From contig CM097883.1 in NCBI GenBank assembly GCA_044892505.1, forward strand, positions 134,974,001-135,038,000: a stretch of 64,000 bases of DNA, given 5' to 3'. The notes beneath the pieces were generated by a model, which made no database searches, had not been told where the DNA came from, and saw nothing but the letters and a program-made list of their open reading frames with translations. The position numbers and the translations under genes are program-made. The stretch comes from Schmidtea nova. Lineage: Eukaryota. Position 1 is the stretch's first letter. Each line of letters begins with the position of its first letter. Positions 12,001-23,493 of this stretch are shown one piece after another.

Positions 12001-13741
12001 ATAAAAATGATAATAAATTTATGTTAATTATTTATTGATTACTACCATGAATAGTACAAATGTGTAAAAACAATAAACATGCATCGGGTGGGCCTATGAC
12101 CAATCTTCAGTTGCTGTTACGTCTTAGCAATTCAGTTGCAAAAGCGCCCGGTTAACAGGTTAATATTTAGTTACTTTCTTTATATATTGTGTAAACAATC
12201 GATTTTCTTCAATTTTTATCTCATTCTTCTGATTTATTTATTATCCTGATTTCTAGAGGTCTCCACCAAATAACTTTTTTTCACAATCATTTATTTCCCT
12301 TCAATTATATTAATAGCTTTTACTTTTTTATTTTATCCATCCTTAACAATATTTATATTTCATATATTCGCATCCTATTTTTTAATATAATCCATATTAC
12401 TAATAATAAATAAACAACACCTTTTTTAAAATATAATATTGCAATTCATTTCGATGGCTCAGCTCTCATCATCAGGCTATAAACAAATTCAATAAAATAA
12501 AAATTGATACTATTTATACGATTATTAGTGATTACATAATCACAAGCGCACTATCCAATAAAACGTTTATTAACCCTAGTAAAATTACTTAAAAACTCAA
12601 AATGCTTGTAGATTTTGCATTTTGTATGTTTATTTTATAATTAAATGATTTTATCATCAAAGCCTCACAATTCACACATTCATAATAATTTCTAAAACCC
12701 CTAGACAATGTTTTGAAATTGTAAATGTCAATAATTTTCTTATATATCTTATTATGCTCAATAATGTTCCTCTTTCTGCTCTTTCTGGCATGCTCTTGAA
12801 CTCGTGTACAGAGGTGACGGGCAGTCTTTCCAATGTATGTGGCATTAACCCATTACAAGTAAAACGATATACGAAATCAGAACACAGACCAAATGGATCA
12901 CAGATTTATTACTGAACATGTCTTAAACTTCAGTAATAAATCTGTGACGCCATTTGGTCTATGTTCTGATCTCGTGTATTGTTTTACTTGTAATGGGTTT
13001 AATGCCACATACATTGGACAGACTGCTCGTCATCGTCAAGAGCATTCCAGAAACATCGGAAAGAGCAATAATATTGAGTATAATAAGATATGTAAAAAAC
13101 ATTGATATTTCCAATTTTAAAATACTGTCTAGGGGTTTTATAAATTATTATGAACGTGTGAATTGAGAGGCTTTGATGATAAAATCATTTAATCCTAAAA
13201 TAAATATACAAAATGCAATATCTACATTGGATTGTGCACATGTCATTATGTAATCACCAATAAACGTATAAGATCAATTTTTATTTTATTGAATTTGTTT
13301 ATAGCCTGATGATGACAGCCGATCCGTCGAATATATTGCAATAATATATTTTTAAAAAAATGGTGTTCTTTTATTTATTTGAATAAATTGCCATTTTTAT
13401 TTAATAGTTTAGTTACTAATAATGAATATTATAATTTAAAGGGAATTTCTAACGTTGTGCTATTTACTGTTACGTGACTTTTATGAGTTAATGTCTCATA
13501 TTCAAGAGCTAAAATATAAAGCAATGCTCGAAGCGCTGGATAATTATAGATTGGATTTGAGTAACCTGATCAAAGAAGAGGTGAATATATATATATATAT
13601 ATATGTATATAATGTAATTCCTGACATCGTCAATAGATCAATGTATTTGAGGATATCTCGGTCATTTCAACGTCTGCGTTGTCGGACGATGTGCAACGGA
13701 GTTTACAGAAGCGCAGCAGTCATGAAAATGGCAGCATTTGA
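1..13741 (+). CDS. DOCK: Dedicator of cytokinesis protein, DOCK-C/D (DOCK6-11/zizimin-like), C-terminal DHR-2 GEF domain; 5'-partial, spliced
   Basis: Exons <1-32, 78-314, 361-661, 9122-9578, 13442-13580 and 13637-13741 join in phase through GT-AG introns of 45, 46, 8460, 3863 and 56 nt; stop TGA at 13739-41. Motifs LVIPIYERKRDY, FYRVVLYG, IQVTHVEPFF, ETPF, QWKRRTILT..SFPHLKRR, SPIERAIDEI and QVNQGPMAYARVFL match DOCK9-11/6-8 DHR-2. The exact paralog is not resolved. Confidence 0.92.
1075..1269. mobile_element. Degenerate hAT-like MITE
   Basis: Imperfect terminal inverted repeats CAGTGACTCCAAGATTT / AAGTTTTGAAACCACTG; no convincing TSD. Confidence 0.3.
1467..2026 (-). mobile_element. mariner 5' fragment (TIR plus HTH part of transposase, decayed)
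   Basis: TA followed by TIR CAGGTTTGACCGAAAAGTTTCTGCAG at 2026. ATG at 1797 gives MDFNREDVRKLIYYC*KRG, then SIRTCYEWVAKFKAEDFDVKDNARSGRP..SVREIA, typical of the mariner N-terminus; stop and frameshift present. Confidence 0.85.
2290..3240 (+). mobile_element. Penelope-like retroelement 3' fragment (RT C-terminus plus GIY-YIG endonuclease), decayed
   Basis: RYVDDIFLVF..YMNSLHTNIEFTYEKEK..IAFLDLLI from ~2310, then ELVYQFSCNGCKATYIGET..LCTRVLEH (ORF 2940-3134); several stops. Confidence 0.85.
4008..4376 (-). mobile_element. mariner 5' fragment
   Basis: TA plus TIR CGTGGTTGGTTCACGAAGTAC at 4376; ORF 4008-4217 EYRSVIKFF..RTIYYWISEFKSGRMSVIDESKQGRP is a mariner HTH. Confidence 0.85.
4400..6350 (-). 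mobile_element. Highly decayed Gypsy-like LTR retrotransposon remnant (gag-like and integrase-like pieces)
   Basis: IVQGLIANKALDVKLMELLLTKSETDIEETRSLANIYES resembles Gypsy gag; INKAPMTPSSQKNKTIERVIRE resembles the integrase HPQSNG..ER region. Weak similarity recognised by eye only. Confidence 0.35.
5140..5495. mobile_element. hAT-type MITE (356 bp)
   Basis: TIRs CAGGGCTTCTTAAAC / GTTTAAGAAGCTCTG; 8-bp flanks TTCTATAT / TTTTTTAT (6/8 match). Confidence 0.7.
10175..10674. repeat. pogo/Tc1-like inverted repeat block with AAAATAAGACC subrepeats, bounded by gaps
   Basis: AAAATAAGACCCTGGTCTTATTTTCGAGGGGTCTTATTTT (~10231) is mirrored by AAAATAAGACCCCTCAAAAATAAGACCGGGGTCTTATTTT (~10635). Confidence 0.55.
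10899..11072. mobile_element. Tc1/mariner-type MITE, copy 1
   Basis: TA TSD; TIRs CACCTTATTCTGTTTTTA / TAAAAACAGAATTAGGTG; homologous to 41693-41882 in the opposite orientation. Confidence 0.8.
11964..12159. mobile_element. piggyBac-type MITE (196 bp)
   Basis: TTAA on both sides; perfect TIRs CCTGTTAACCGGGC / GCCCGGTTAACAGG. Confidence 0.85.
12437..12481 (-). ncRNA. Candidate minimal type I hammerhead ribozyme (Penelope-associated)
   Basis: Minus strand reads UAUAGC-CUGAUGA-U-GAGAGCUGAGCCAUC-GAAA-UGAAUU-GCAAUA. Core CUGAUGA and GAAA are present and stem I pairs 5/6. Confidence 0.45.
13300..13343 (+). ncRNA. Candidate minimal hammerhead ribozyme, core-defective copy
   Basis: UAUAGC-CUGAUGA-U-GAC-AGCCGAUCC-GUC-GAA-UAUAUU-GCAAUA. 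Stem II GAC/GUC and a palindromic helix III are present, but one A of GAAA is missing. Confidence 0.4.
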
Positions 13742-14049
13742 TATTGATTTTATTCCTAACTTTTGATTTTTTCAAATGGTGCAACGTCTTCATGGATGAG
13801 TTCTATGAGGTATTCATAGCCAATATTGTGCTGACTGGTTTTTATTTTGATGCTGTTCACTGGCCATGATGATGATGATAATAACTATGATTTGTTTTTA
13901 TTACCGACACTGACAGACGAGATGACCCATACCAGAGATTGTAATTATTTTAATAAATTATTGTTTCTTAACTCACATTTTTTACCTGGAATAATTATCT
14001 CAAACTTCACAATACAGATTAAATTGAAATAAACAAAACGTGAATTATA

Positions 14050-14800
14050 TGGGGTAAGACCAAAAAGTCCTTTGACACGCATAGAAATAATAAAGTTAGT
14101 GGAACCAAATACATTAGTATCAAAAAGACAGATATGTAGGATTTATTTCTCAACATAACTTCCGATATCACTGATGAACTTTCACCAACGGTCCACCATT
14201 GATTTCAAAGCCATTTCGAAGAATTCTTGTCCTTATTCTGTAAGATATTTCTCCGTTTTCTTCCAAATCATGCTTTGATTCAAATATTTTATGTCTCAAA
14301 TATTTCTTCAGATAATTGAGCAGCCAAAAATCAATATGTGCAAGATTTGGACTGGATGGTCCAACTGCACAAACCCAAATATTGCGATTACTTCCTTTGT
14401 GAATTGGAGCGTTGTCATGGAGCAAATAAAGGTCTTGGATTCATTTACATCGTATGGTCATTGATAAAAGTGGTCTAGTACTCTGAGTTGATGTTGCGTT
14501 GGAAAAATCAACCTTAAAAACTCCTTTTACAATCTCAAAATGCACTTTACATCGCCCATTTGCGATGTGAATTGCCTGAACGAAACACCTTTTGCGGCTT
14601 CTCTCAGGTCCTGTTCACTCATTAGATTCTCGTCTAGAGTGCGGTATGTAGAGATTGATAAATGTTTCATCCTTCGTCACCATATTTGCCAGAAATCTTT
14701 TATAATGCCAATAAGTAAATGTTTGCACAACTATTATTGTGGAATCTACGCAAGTAATCCATATTTGTGTGATTTTCATTATCTAATACCTTGAAAAGTT
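14050..14800 (-). mobile_element. mariner 3' part (DD34D catalytic domain plus TIR), decayed
   Basis: FLANMVTKDETFINLY.., LHDNAPIH and SSPNLAHIDFWLLNYLK motifs; TA plus TIR TGGGGTAAGACCAAAAAGTCC at 14050. Confidence 0.85.
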
Positions 14801-14829
14801 TTCAGTTTCTTCCGTGAATAAGAAATTGA

Positions 14830-15050
14830 TATTCAGTTGATTCATATTCTGATTTTTTTCTGCAGCTTAAGTACTAAATTCGGCTGAGTCTGGTGTGTAA
14901 AATGAACTGGCTTTAAAAGTGCATTATGCCGTTTTTTGCATTGTTTGTGTGAGTTGTTCCATCACGCACAGCTTGGGAGCAGTCGCAAATATCGTTTGAA
15001 TGAAGTGCGCCTCATCATCATCATCGTTGTCTCCGTCTTCCAAGGAATTT
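14830..15050 (-). mobile_element. Possible MULE transposase C-terminal remnant
   Basis: Fragments like HTNNAK..HNALL resemble the RTNNxxEGWHN motif; heavily decayed. Confidence 0.3.
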
Positions 15051-16795
15051 ATCTTCGAACTCGTTGAGAATTAAGTTGACTAGGATATATTTCGAGTTAT
15101 AACAGTTCTTCATAGAAAACACTATTATCATTGATTTGAATATAAGCTAATATTTTGAAGAGGTTGCTTTGTGGTTGAGTCTTCTAGTACATCAGTTCTC
15201 TTGAATTTTGCTTCAAATACACTATCTAATGTGTAGGTGGCAGCCATTAATTTTATGAAGGTTCAGACTTATCTAGTCGATCAGTTGTTGCGATGGTAGT
15301 TTCAATATCGCTACGTTAGCTTTATGATATCGGCCTTTAGAAGAAAGATCGCAACATCTTTAAATCTTCTTCTTCATTAGTTTTTTTTATCTAACTGATT
15401 AGGAAATTCTTTAGAAATCAACATTCTCAGATTTTAAAAGTTTTATCATTTCTGAACAAAACTTTGAAAAAAAATTAATTAAAAAATCTAATACAAATTA
15501 TAATGATGACGATTACAAATTTGTGTGAATTTACTTTAAAAATTAATAAAATATTTGATAAATGTACATATCTAATTAAAGTAAAGGTAATATTACAATT
15601 TAGAATATAATTTAAATTAAATTAAAGGTTGAATGTAAAAATTTTTGAATAAATTAAATAAAAAATTTGATTCAAATCGACTGTGTGCCGGATTTGGTTG
15701 TTATGGAAACCGAATGAATCAAAATAAAATAGATAGCCGTTTTATATAATTTTACACGGTTTCTTTTTTACAAATTATCTTAATCTATTGTATTCTTTAA
15801 GACATAGAAGTATATAAAAAATCTGACTTCCAAAATAAAATATACGTCACAATTTTCTTATAATCGTGTTTCATTTAACACTTAAATTTGACAATATTTT
15901 TGAGACCTCCCTAACTTCAAATAATATGTAATCGTAGACCCAAAAATGTACACAACTGCAATTCTTGTTACAATTGTTCTAAATGTCATTTTTTAAATAT
16001 TTTTGGCCTTTTTCCAATAATATTTTAATGAATCTGAAATTCATGTTTGACTTCTGTACAAAAACTTAAATTGTCCTTTTTAAATTATAAAATAAACATG
16101 TTTAATAAAACTGGCATAACATCCTACTTAATATAGAATTTTTCATCCATTGCTGGACTGTCCAGCAAACCCACCGCAGTCATTTATGACAAATCATGTT
16201 TTTATAAATAACCGAGTATTTAAGTTTGTATTGAGAATTCATTGATTCTGCTTGTTTATATTCCGGGAGCATAACAATTATTATTGCAAACGCAATTATC
16301 CTTTTTATGTGCGGCCCTTGACAAGTTTGGCGTCGTTAATGCAAACGTAAAGCAATTTAGGTTGTCAAGGACTGGTCTAATAGTTTTATCTTTGAATTTA
16401 AGTGTTTTTTAATCAGGTAATGTTATTTTATTGTTAAACTGTAAATATTTTAGTCCTTTTCCAAATTTTTTTTATGAAAAACAACGATTTCAAATTTCCA
16501 AAGTTTCGTCTGAATATTCAAACAACTGGGACATTTGGAATTCTAATATTAATGAAAATATTGTCCATGTATTTTTCAAATCATATTAATATATAATATA
16601 TAAATGTAAATATTTTTATTAATTAATAAAATTATTTATAATTTATAATGAGTTTTGAAACTCCTTACATATGCAATCAAGTTCAAATCAATAATTTGAA
16701 TATTAAGTAAAAGTTTATTACAAAAACGTTTATTAAAAAGGAACACTATTAAATGCGAAAGTCACACTAATAACTGAAAGACTATATATCTTTAT

Positions 16796-17660
16796 GGCGC
16801 CCGACTTTACCGCCGCGACATAACCACCGTTGATATAAGCGCCGCTGTTAAACGACGACAATGCCGCTGCGACAATACCGCCGCCGACATAAGCGCTGGA
16901 AACCAAAATAAATTTTTAAAAATTTTTTATACAGTTTGTAGGAATGCTGATAACTTCGATTTTAATTTTTTTGTTTGAAAAGTAATATAAACATATATCA
17001 TTTAAACAAATTGACTAAATCAGAGAAAGTTGTTGTCGTGGAATTGATATATATCATATATAATTTCTACCATTAGGACTGTGAATAATACATTGATGAA
17101 TCACAAAATGCACTTTCCAAAAATGCATTGATGTTTCATAAACTGTAAACGATACTCGAGTATTTTGAAAAATACTTGAGTAATACTCGTAAATTATAAA
17201 TGATCAAATATTTCAAAAAAAATTAAATGTTACTTTATGTCGTTAGCTTAGAGTATGGCGGTAGAAAGGTTCAAGTAAAAAACGTCAAAGACATTATGAC
17301 TAAGAGGAATGCTTTTGCGGTTAAATGATAACACTCCCAGCTGTAGAAAAACAAAAAGGGCTTCCCAGCCAATTTACTGCCAGGCAATATTTTTTGCATT
17401 GTATTGACCGTCAATATTATCTAAATATCGAAACGGACTCGCTGACTATTGCTGCAGCTGTGTCCTTATTGATAACACTAAACCGTCCGTGGGAGTTTTA
17501 ACTCCCATAGTTCCATACGTCCCATAGTTTTAACTAAAACATCTGTATAATATGTACTTGTAAAATAAAATTTTGTATGGGGCGGTGGTTTTGTCGGCGG
17601 CGGCATTGTCGCAGCGGTTTTGTCACGGCGGTTTTGCCGGCGGGGGTATTGTCGATCCAG
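16796..17660. mobile_element. Foldback-type non-autonomous element with GC-rich tandem subrepeats in its TIRs
   Basis: ACCGCCGCGACA-type arrays at 16800-16900 are mirrored by TGTCGGCGGCGG arrays at 17580-17660; no clear TSD. Confidence 0.6.
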
Positions 17661-18399
17661 CATCTCCATTTACTATTTATTACGATTAATAATGAAAATA
17701 ATTTTAATTTGCGTGAAATGAATTTTTTTTATCGAAAACTCGGTTTGATTTTATATTTTACATGCAAAGTGTGGCGCTTTAGCAAATGTAATTAATGCGC
17801 TTGTAAAAGTCATCTAGTTGGTATAAAAATTACTAATAACTATGGGAATGTAAATACATTTAAGGACACTTTATGAATTTTTTGAAAAGTAATAAATTGC
17901 AAAGGTGGAACTAAAATATTTTGCGCCTAGAATAAAATATAAAATTTTCACCATCTCTTATTTTTTCATTGTTTATATTCATTGAATAATAATCATAATT
18001 TTAATTAAAATAAGTATGGGTTGAGTTTTGTTTATGTATACTTACATTCTGTGTGAACTTAAACATTTGATTTTAAAACATAATAAATACCGTCACAAAT
18101 ATAGTCCACACAAGATTAATTTATCTTTATTCAATCGACACAAACTGGTAAATTAGGTCAGTAGTTCCCAACCGCATGACAAACTTTGAAATCAGACTTT
18201 TTCTGTGCTCCATAAAATCATAATAGTGGGAAAATGACTTCCTTTTAACATAGAAAATCCCTGAATATATTCAATAAAGATAAAACCATGTCTATTTATT
18301 TGGCACATACAATTTTAGAAGCATCCAAAATATTTTTTGTGGCCTACCTGAAATTTGAGATGGTCTATTTTTGCAATGTGGCCATAGGTTGAAAACTAT

Positions 18400-19600
18400 C
18401 AGAATCAAGTAATTAAAATATGATTTTTCGAATGTTTCCCTTTAATTGCTAAAAAGAAAACTAAGTCGTTGACACGATCCTTCTTCACTAAAGCATGCAA
18501 ATATAATAAATTAGGCTTTAATTTTCTAAAAGGAACACAGCTTACAGTCGAAAGAGTGATTATTAATAGAATATGACGTGCTAATGAATTTATTTACTAA
18601 AGCGCATATTTGGAAATGCATCTCTTCCATATAAAAAATAAAACCAAGAAGGTTCTGAAAATTTCTGGCATAACTTCATTCCGGGTTCTTACGCAGCATT
18701 TTACAATCTTCAGTTTATATACTTAGTGCGTATCCATTGATGTTTGGGTCGTAGAAATTTCAGCTATTTAGATAAATTTCATCGTCATTTGTTTTGAAAA
18801 AAGAACTTTGACACACAATAGAAATACAAATTTTGTGTTAAATGATTTAATCGTAAAATTCATGTTTAGATTGTCTGGCAAAGTCTTGTGTCTCTTGCTA
18901 GTTTTTCAGGCATCATCTAGCGCAATTCTTTTGTTGGCCTTGATCAATTAAGTTATTCAACTTAATCTTACTTTCTCTACAATATCTTGACCTAAATCAT
19001 ATCGAAAACGGACAAATTCTTATGCAATGGTTTTATTCAGTTAAAGTTATAGCAGGATGTTTTAGTCGATTTTGAACACGATCAACTCAACATTTTTACC
19101 AGTGTTTTACCTAAAAAAGCAGCCTTGAAAATATTTTATTTCAGAGTTTCTATAAAGACTATTGAGCTTAAATAATTCCTGATATGTCGATGTTTATAAG
19201 TCCTGAAAGCATATTGAATGGTGTTTAAAATAAACAAATTTGAGCTGTTGTTTCAAATGAAATTTGCCCAAGAATATCTGTGTTAAAAAGATTTTGATAT
19301 GACATTCGTACTACAAACATTTGGCAGCAAATGTTAAAGTCTTTGGAAAAAGTAAAGAAAATATGAAATGGTATATATCGGCGACCCCTACATTTTATGT
19401 GAATCACACAGAGTAATTATATGATCCGGTAATCAAACTTACACTCATTTACATTTGTTTATGGAATTTGAATCAAGACACACAAATTTTGGGAAATTAT
19501 TTGCTAGTCAGTGAATTGCATGATAACAACTTCATGGTCCAATCAAAATGCCCAACACATTTTGAAAAAAACTTTTGTTGAGTTATTAATTTGAGTCGGT
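18400..19600 (-). mobile_element. Decayed hAT transposase remnant
   Basis: LIITLSTVSCVPFRKLK..LYLHALVKKDRVNDL near 18470-18580 resembles the hAT dimerization motif (LPVTVASAERSFSKLK..RLNGL). Confidence 0.4.
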
Positions 19601-20751
19601 CTAGTTTCTGACTCCTCGTGCTCCGTCAATTAATAAAATAACTCAAACCCAACAGAATAAATTTTTATTTATTTCTTTCTAACAATTTACAACAATTAAA
19701 ATTAATACAATTTTCTCAAGTTTCTGCACACACCTTCTGACCTTTTTTTCTAAGCGATAGGAAAAAGCGATAGTTTATCATTGGGAGATTGCCCTTTCTG
19801 ATACGCTTGATTTGCTAATGTTTCTTTTACAACAACTTTCCTCTAACTTACCAAATCTTTAACTTTACTGACAATTTTCTTCGACCAACTGGCAATTCTG
19901 TGTTGTTTCCGTGCGGGCTTGGCGCCAGGAATGAATCAATGGGGGCAATTACTGATACTGGTGGGGCAACCCCTTAAATTTTAAATTACAAAAAATACGG
20001 TCCTGTCGACATTTGTCTTATTGTCTGCGAGTATCATCCTATATTTATCATCATATTTAGAACCCTTTGCTCATCCATATATCAAATATTGATAGATAAA
20101 AGCCAATATTGGTATATTCTACTTTAACAATACAAGAATATAAAAAACACATGCATCATGTGTTCAACAGCAGTATAAATGCAGGCTTTACAAAATCAAA
20201 CGCCGAATACTCTCTTGAAACAATGGTAGAACATATTCGCAACTGACGAGCTTCGATTCTTCCTTCTCATAAGCTAATAACGCTAGGTCTAGTTTTCTTT
20301 GCACAGCCTTGCACTTTCAGTAGGGCGACATCTGGTTTATCCAAAGAAACACGTTAACTTTTTATAATATACAAAGTTGCAACACTTACCCTTATAGATC
20401 ACAATGCCTTGCAATGAATGCCAGCTGTCACACTGTAGTAACATGGTAGACACTTGCATAGACAATGTATACACCTCTAACAAGCCAATCCTAGAAGAAG
20501 TTATATGTCGATCACTGATTGATTTCAAAGTGATATTATAAGTCTGCGCGTGTATGAGAAGGGCTATAGTGTTATGAGACTACATTCATAAATAAGAAAG
20601 ATTGTATTATAATAGAGGCGGTGAATGGTGAATTCAGTAGCCTGAGATGTGTGAGCAATCAGAACATACTCTATTTAGAAAACAGAAAATAAATTCTAAA
20701 CAGCAGTGTTTGTCATCGTAGTAGAAAAATAGGCACATAAATTTTTTTAAG

Positions 20752-22827
20752 GGTTCTACCCCAAAAGGCCGACAGACAAAAGGCCGACAGACAAAAGGCC
20801 GACACGGACAAAAGGCAGACAAATAAAAGAACACTTGTAATAGCAAAAACTATTAAATAAAATCGGGGGATTCCTGGAAAATTTTTGATTTAGAATTTGA
20901 TTTAAAGAATTCTAAATCAAAAGTTTTCCAGGAATCCCCCGATTTTATTTAATAGTTTTTGCTATTACAACTGGGTTTTTTTTGTTAAAAAATGGTTTTT
21001 TGTTAAAGAGGTAATTATTATTTTAATTAGTTTAATGAAATGAAACATATATTTATATAAATTAAAGTAACTTAAAATTGTTAGTCAGTTAAACAGGGCT
21101 ATTTTAATAATTCAGTTAAACATTTTTAGTGCGTTTTTAGTAATTCAGTTGGGCATTTTAAGTGTATTTCTAAGGTAAGGAGAAAATTTATCTTTGATAA
21201 TATTAATATCTTTTATCTTTGATAATATTTTTATTATATTTTTTAGCTTTATTTAATTGAACTTTAAATATGGATCAGCAGACTGGTGAAATTTGTAAGA
21301 TTATTGAGTCGCAAAAGGGAAAAAATGATTGTTGTCAACGGTTATATAATGCAAGCATCGTAGTCACACATCAGTAGGGCTAAAAAGTGGAATTTGTTGT
21401 AATTGGCGAGCATGCACTTTTTTTATAGATGGCGTACATAAACTACGAAGTTCAACAAAGCACAACCATGCGCCAGATGCATCTAACCAAATTGTTATTG
21501 CTGAAGTAAGAGAAATAAAGAGCATTGCTTAGTCATGTCAAGATCAGCCGAGTCGAATAATTCAGGCGGTTACTAATCAAATGGGTACTGTATCTCGGTC
21601 ACAAATGCCATCAAATGCAGCATTAACAAAAATGATCAAAAGATCTCAAAACCGAAACAGTCCACGAGAACCAAATACACTTGCTGAATTAATAGTTCCC
21701 AATGATTTAAAATTTACTACCAAAAACAAATTGTTTTTGTTGAGGCAGAGTGATATTAGTAATGAAAAAGTCCTTTTATTTTCTACAGAAAATAACTTGA
21801 AGAAACTTGCAGAGTCCAATTACTGGATAATGGACGGAACCTTCAAAACTGCTCTTAATATTTTTTTACAGATATATTCAATTCATGCTCCTGTAGGTGG
21901 GGAAGAAAATTCTAGAATACTACCATTGGTATATTTTGTGATGTCTCGTAAATCAGAAGAAGCCTACAAAAGAGCCTTTGAAGATTTATGTGATTCTTCC
22001 GCCGAATACAATATTCAATTAGTTCTTTCATTTATAATTACTGATTTTGAAAAAGCAGCATTAGCAGAATTTCCAGGTGCAATAAATAAAGGATGCTTTT
22101 TTTACTTGTGCCAAAATATTTGGCGAAAAATACAAAATAGTGGCTTAGCAAGATTGTACGGAGACGACGAGAACTTTTGCCTTTTGATGAGACACATTGG
22201 GGCACTTGCTTTTCTACCAAGTTCAGAGATCATAGAAGTATTCGAAAGAGTTAAGAGTATCTTACCCGATAATGCTGCTGAGGTGGTTTCATGATTTGAT
22301 GAAAATTATGTGAATGGCCGCATAAGACGCATTTACAGAAATGGTACAGAAGCACGTGTTCCGCCACTCTTTCCACCAGAAATGTGGTCAGTTTTCGAGA
22401 ATAATAACATAGGCTTCCCTCGAACCCAAAACAAAGTAGAGGGAGGGCACAGGAGATGGCAGTTATTAGTTGGAAGAAATCATCCTGGAGTATTTCACTT
22501 AATTAAAGAGTTGAAGAAAGAACAGGAGCATGTCGAAGCAGAAATAGAAATTATTCTACGTGGTGAGCCCCGTCCTACACGCAAGAAGCAATATGTTGAC
22601 AGAGATGAACGGTTTGTAAATATTTTAAATGACCGACACAATCGTTCTGTGATTGATTTCCTTCGTGGAATAGCTCACAATTTAAATTATTTCTAATTTG
22701 TAATTAAATGTCGGCCTTTTTTTGTCTGCCTTTTGTCCGTGTCGGCCTTTTTTTGTCTGCCTTTTGTCCGTGTCAGCCTTTTGTCCATGTCGGCCTTTTG
22801 TTTATGTCGGCCTTTTGTCCGTATACG
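20752..22827 (+). mobile_element. Mutator-like (MULE, Phantom/foldback-type) transposon with FLYWCH-like and MULE transposase pseudogene
   Basis: Exact 9-bp TSD TTTTTTAAG (20743-51, 22828-36); TIRs built of ACAAAAGGCCGAC repeats. ORFs 21581-22294 and 22310-22696 carry MDGTFKT, LPLVYFVM, ITDFEKA, GCFFYLCQ and RTQNKVEGGHRR and are in frame across one TGA. N-terminal W.C..C..HNH region is frameshifted. Confidence 0.92.
20835..20970. repeat. Near-perfect 136-bp hairpin inside the MULE
   Basis: Arms of ~63 bp (TTGTAATAGCAAAAAC...GATTTAGAATT) with one mismatch and a 10-nt loop. Confidence 0.9.
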
Positions 22828-23049
22828 TTTTTTAAGACATCTTGGTTTGGGGGGGCATTTTCCTTTTCAGGAGGGGTATTGCCCCTAAATGCCCCCCGTG
22901 GCACCGGGCCCGTTTCCGTGCCACTTTTATAGTTTTCCAGCTTGTCAACAAATTGGTTATGTTTGCTGACTTGAGATGAAATTAGATTACGAATTGCAGT
23001 AATTTGATTTTTGTTGATTAGAATTTGTTATAATTCAATTTTCTTGCTT

Positions 23050-23200
23050 GGGCAATCCACTAGCCCGCATATCTCATGCCCTCGGGCTTCCCCTTGGCTC
23101 GAGTTTTCTACATATCCAATAAATTATTCATTAATTTTTATTTAATTTCTATTTATTGAATATTTTTTTTCTGGGGACCCCCGTTGATATTTTATTATCA
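23050..23200 (-). repeat. Dispersed repeat family (GGGGTCC..AGAAA / GGGAAGCCCGAG), copy 1
   Basis: Aligns by eye with 35600-35840 (-) and 37420-37570 (+). Confidence 0.55.
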
Positions 23201-23493
23201 TATTCGTACTCATCTACCAATTTTCCATCCGTACATACCAATTTCCCCCGTAATATGTTAATTTTTAATTTTTTCAAATTTTTTAATTAATATTTTTTAC
23301 TCATTTATTAATAGTGAATTTAATTCTTTTCGGCCTTTTTATCGATTTTCCTTCAATCCTTTATTTCGATTCAAAAGTGGGAAGTTTAAAATTTTTAATT
23401 ATATTTTAATTTTATATATCATGTGTGTATGTGTGTTTCTGATTAACATGAATTCATTCTTATCATATGAATAGCTAATAGATTTTCTTTACC

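Larger units (their letters stand above)
12405..13379. mobile_element. Penelope-derived ~1 kb palindrome (two GIY-YIG/3' ends head to head)
   Basis: The arms are reverse complements around a perfect 19-bp central stem (12898-12916 / 12929-12947). The right arm encodes PFGLCSDLVYCFTCNGFNATYIGQT, homologous to 2940-3134. Confidence 0.85.

Noticed and set aside
22292-22294. In-frame TGA where Trp is expected, suggesting a variant genetic code
   Set aside because: The host genes use TGA as stop (DOCK, PRPF31) and TGG for Trp; this is a nonsense mutation in a dead transposon.
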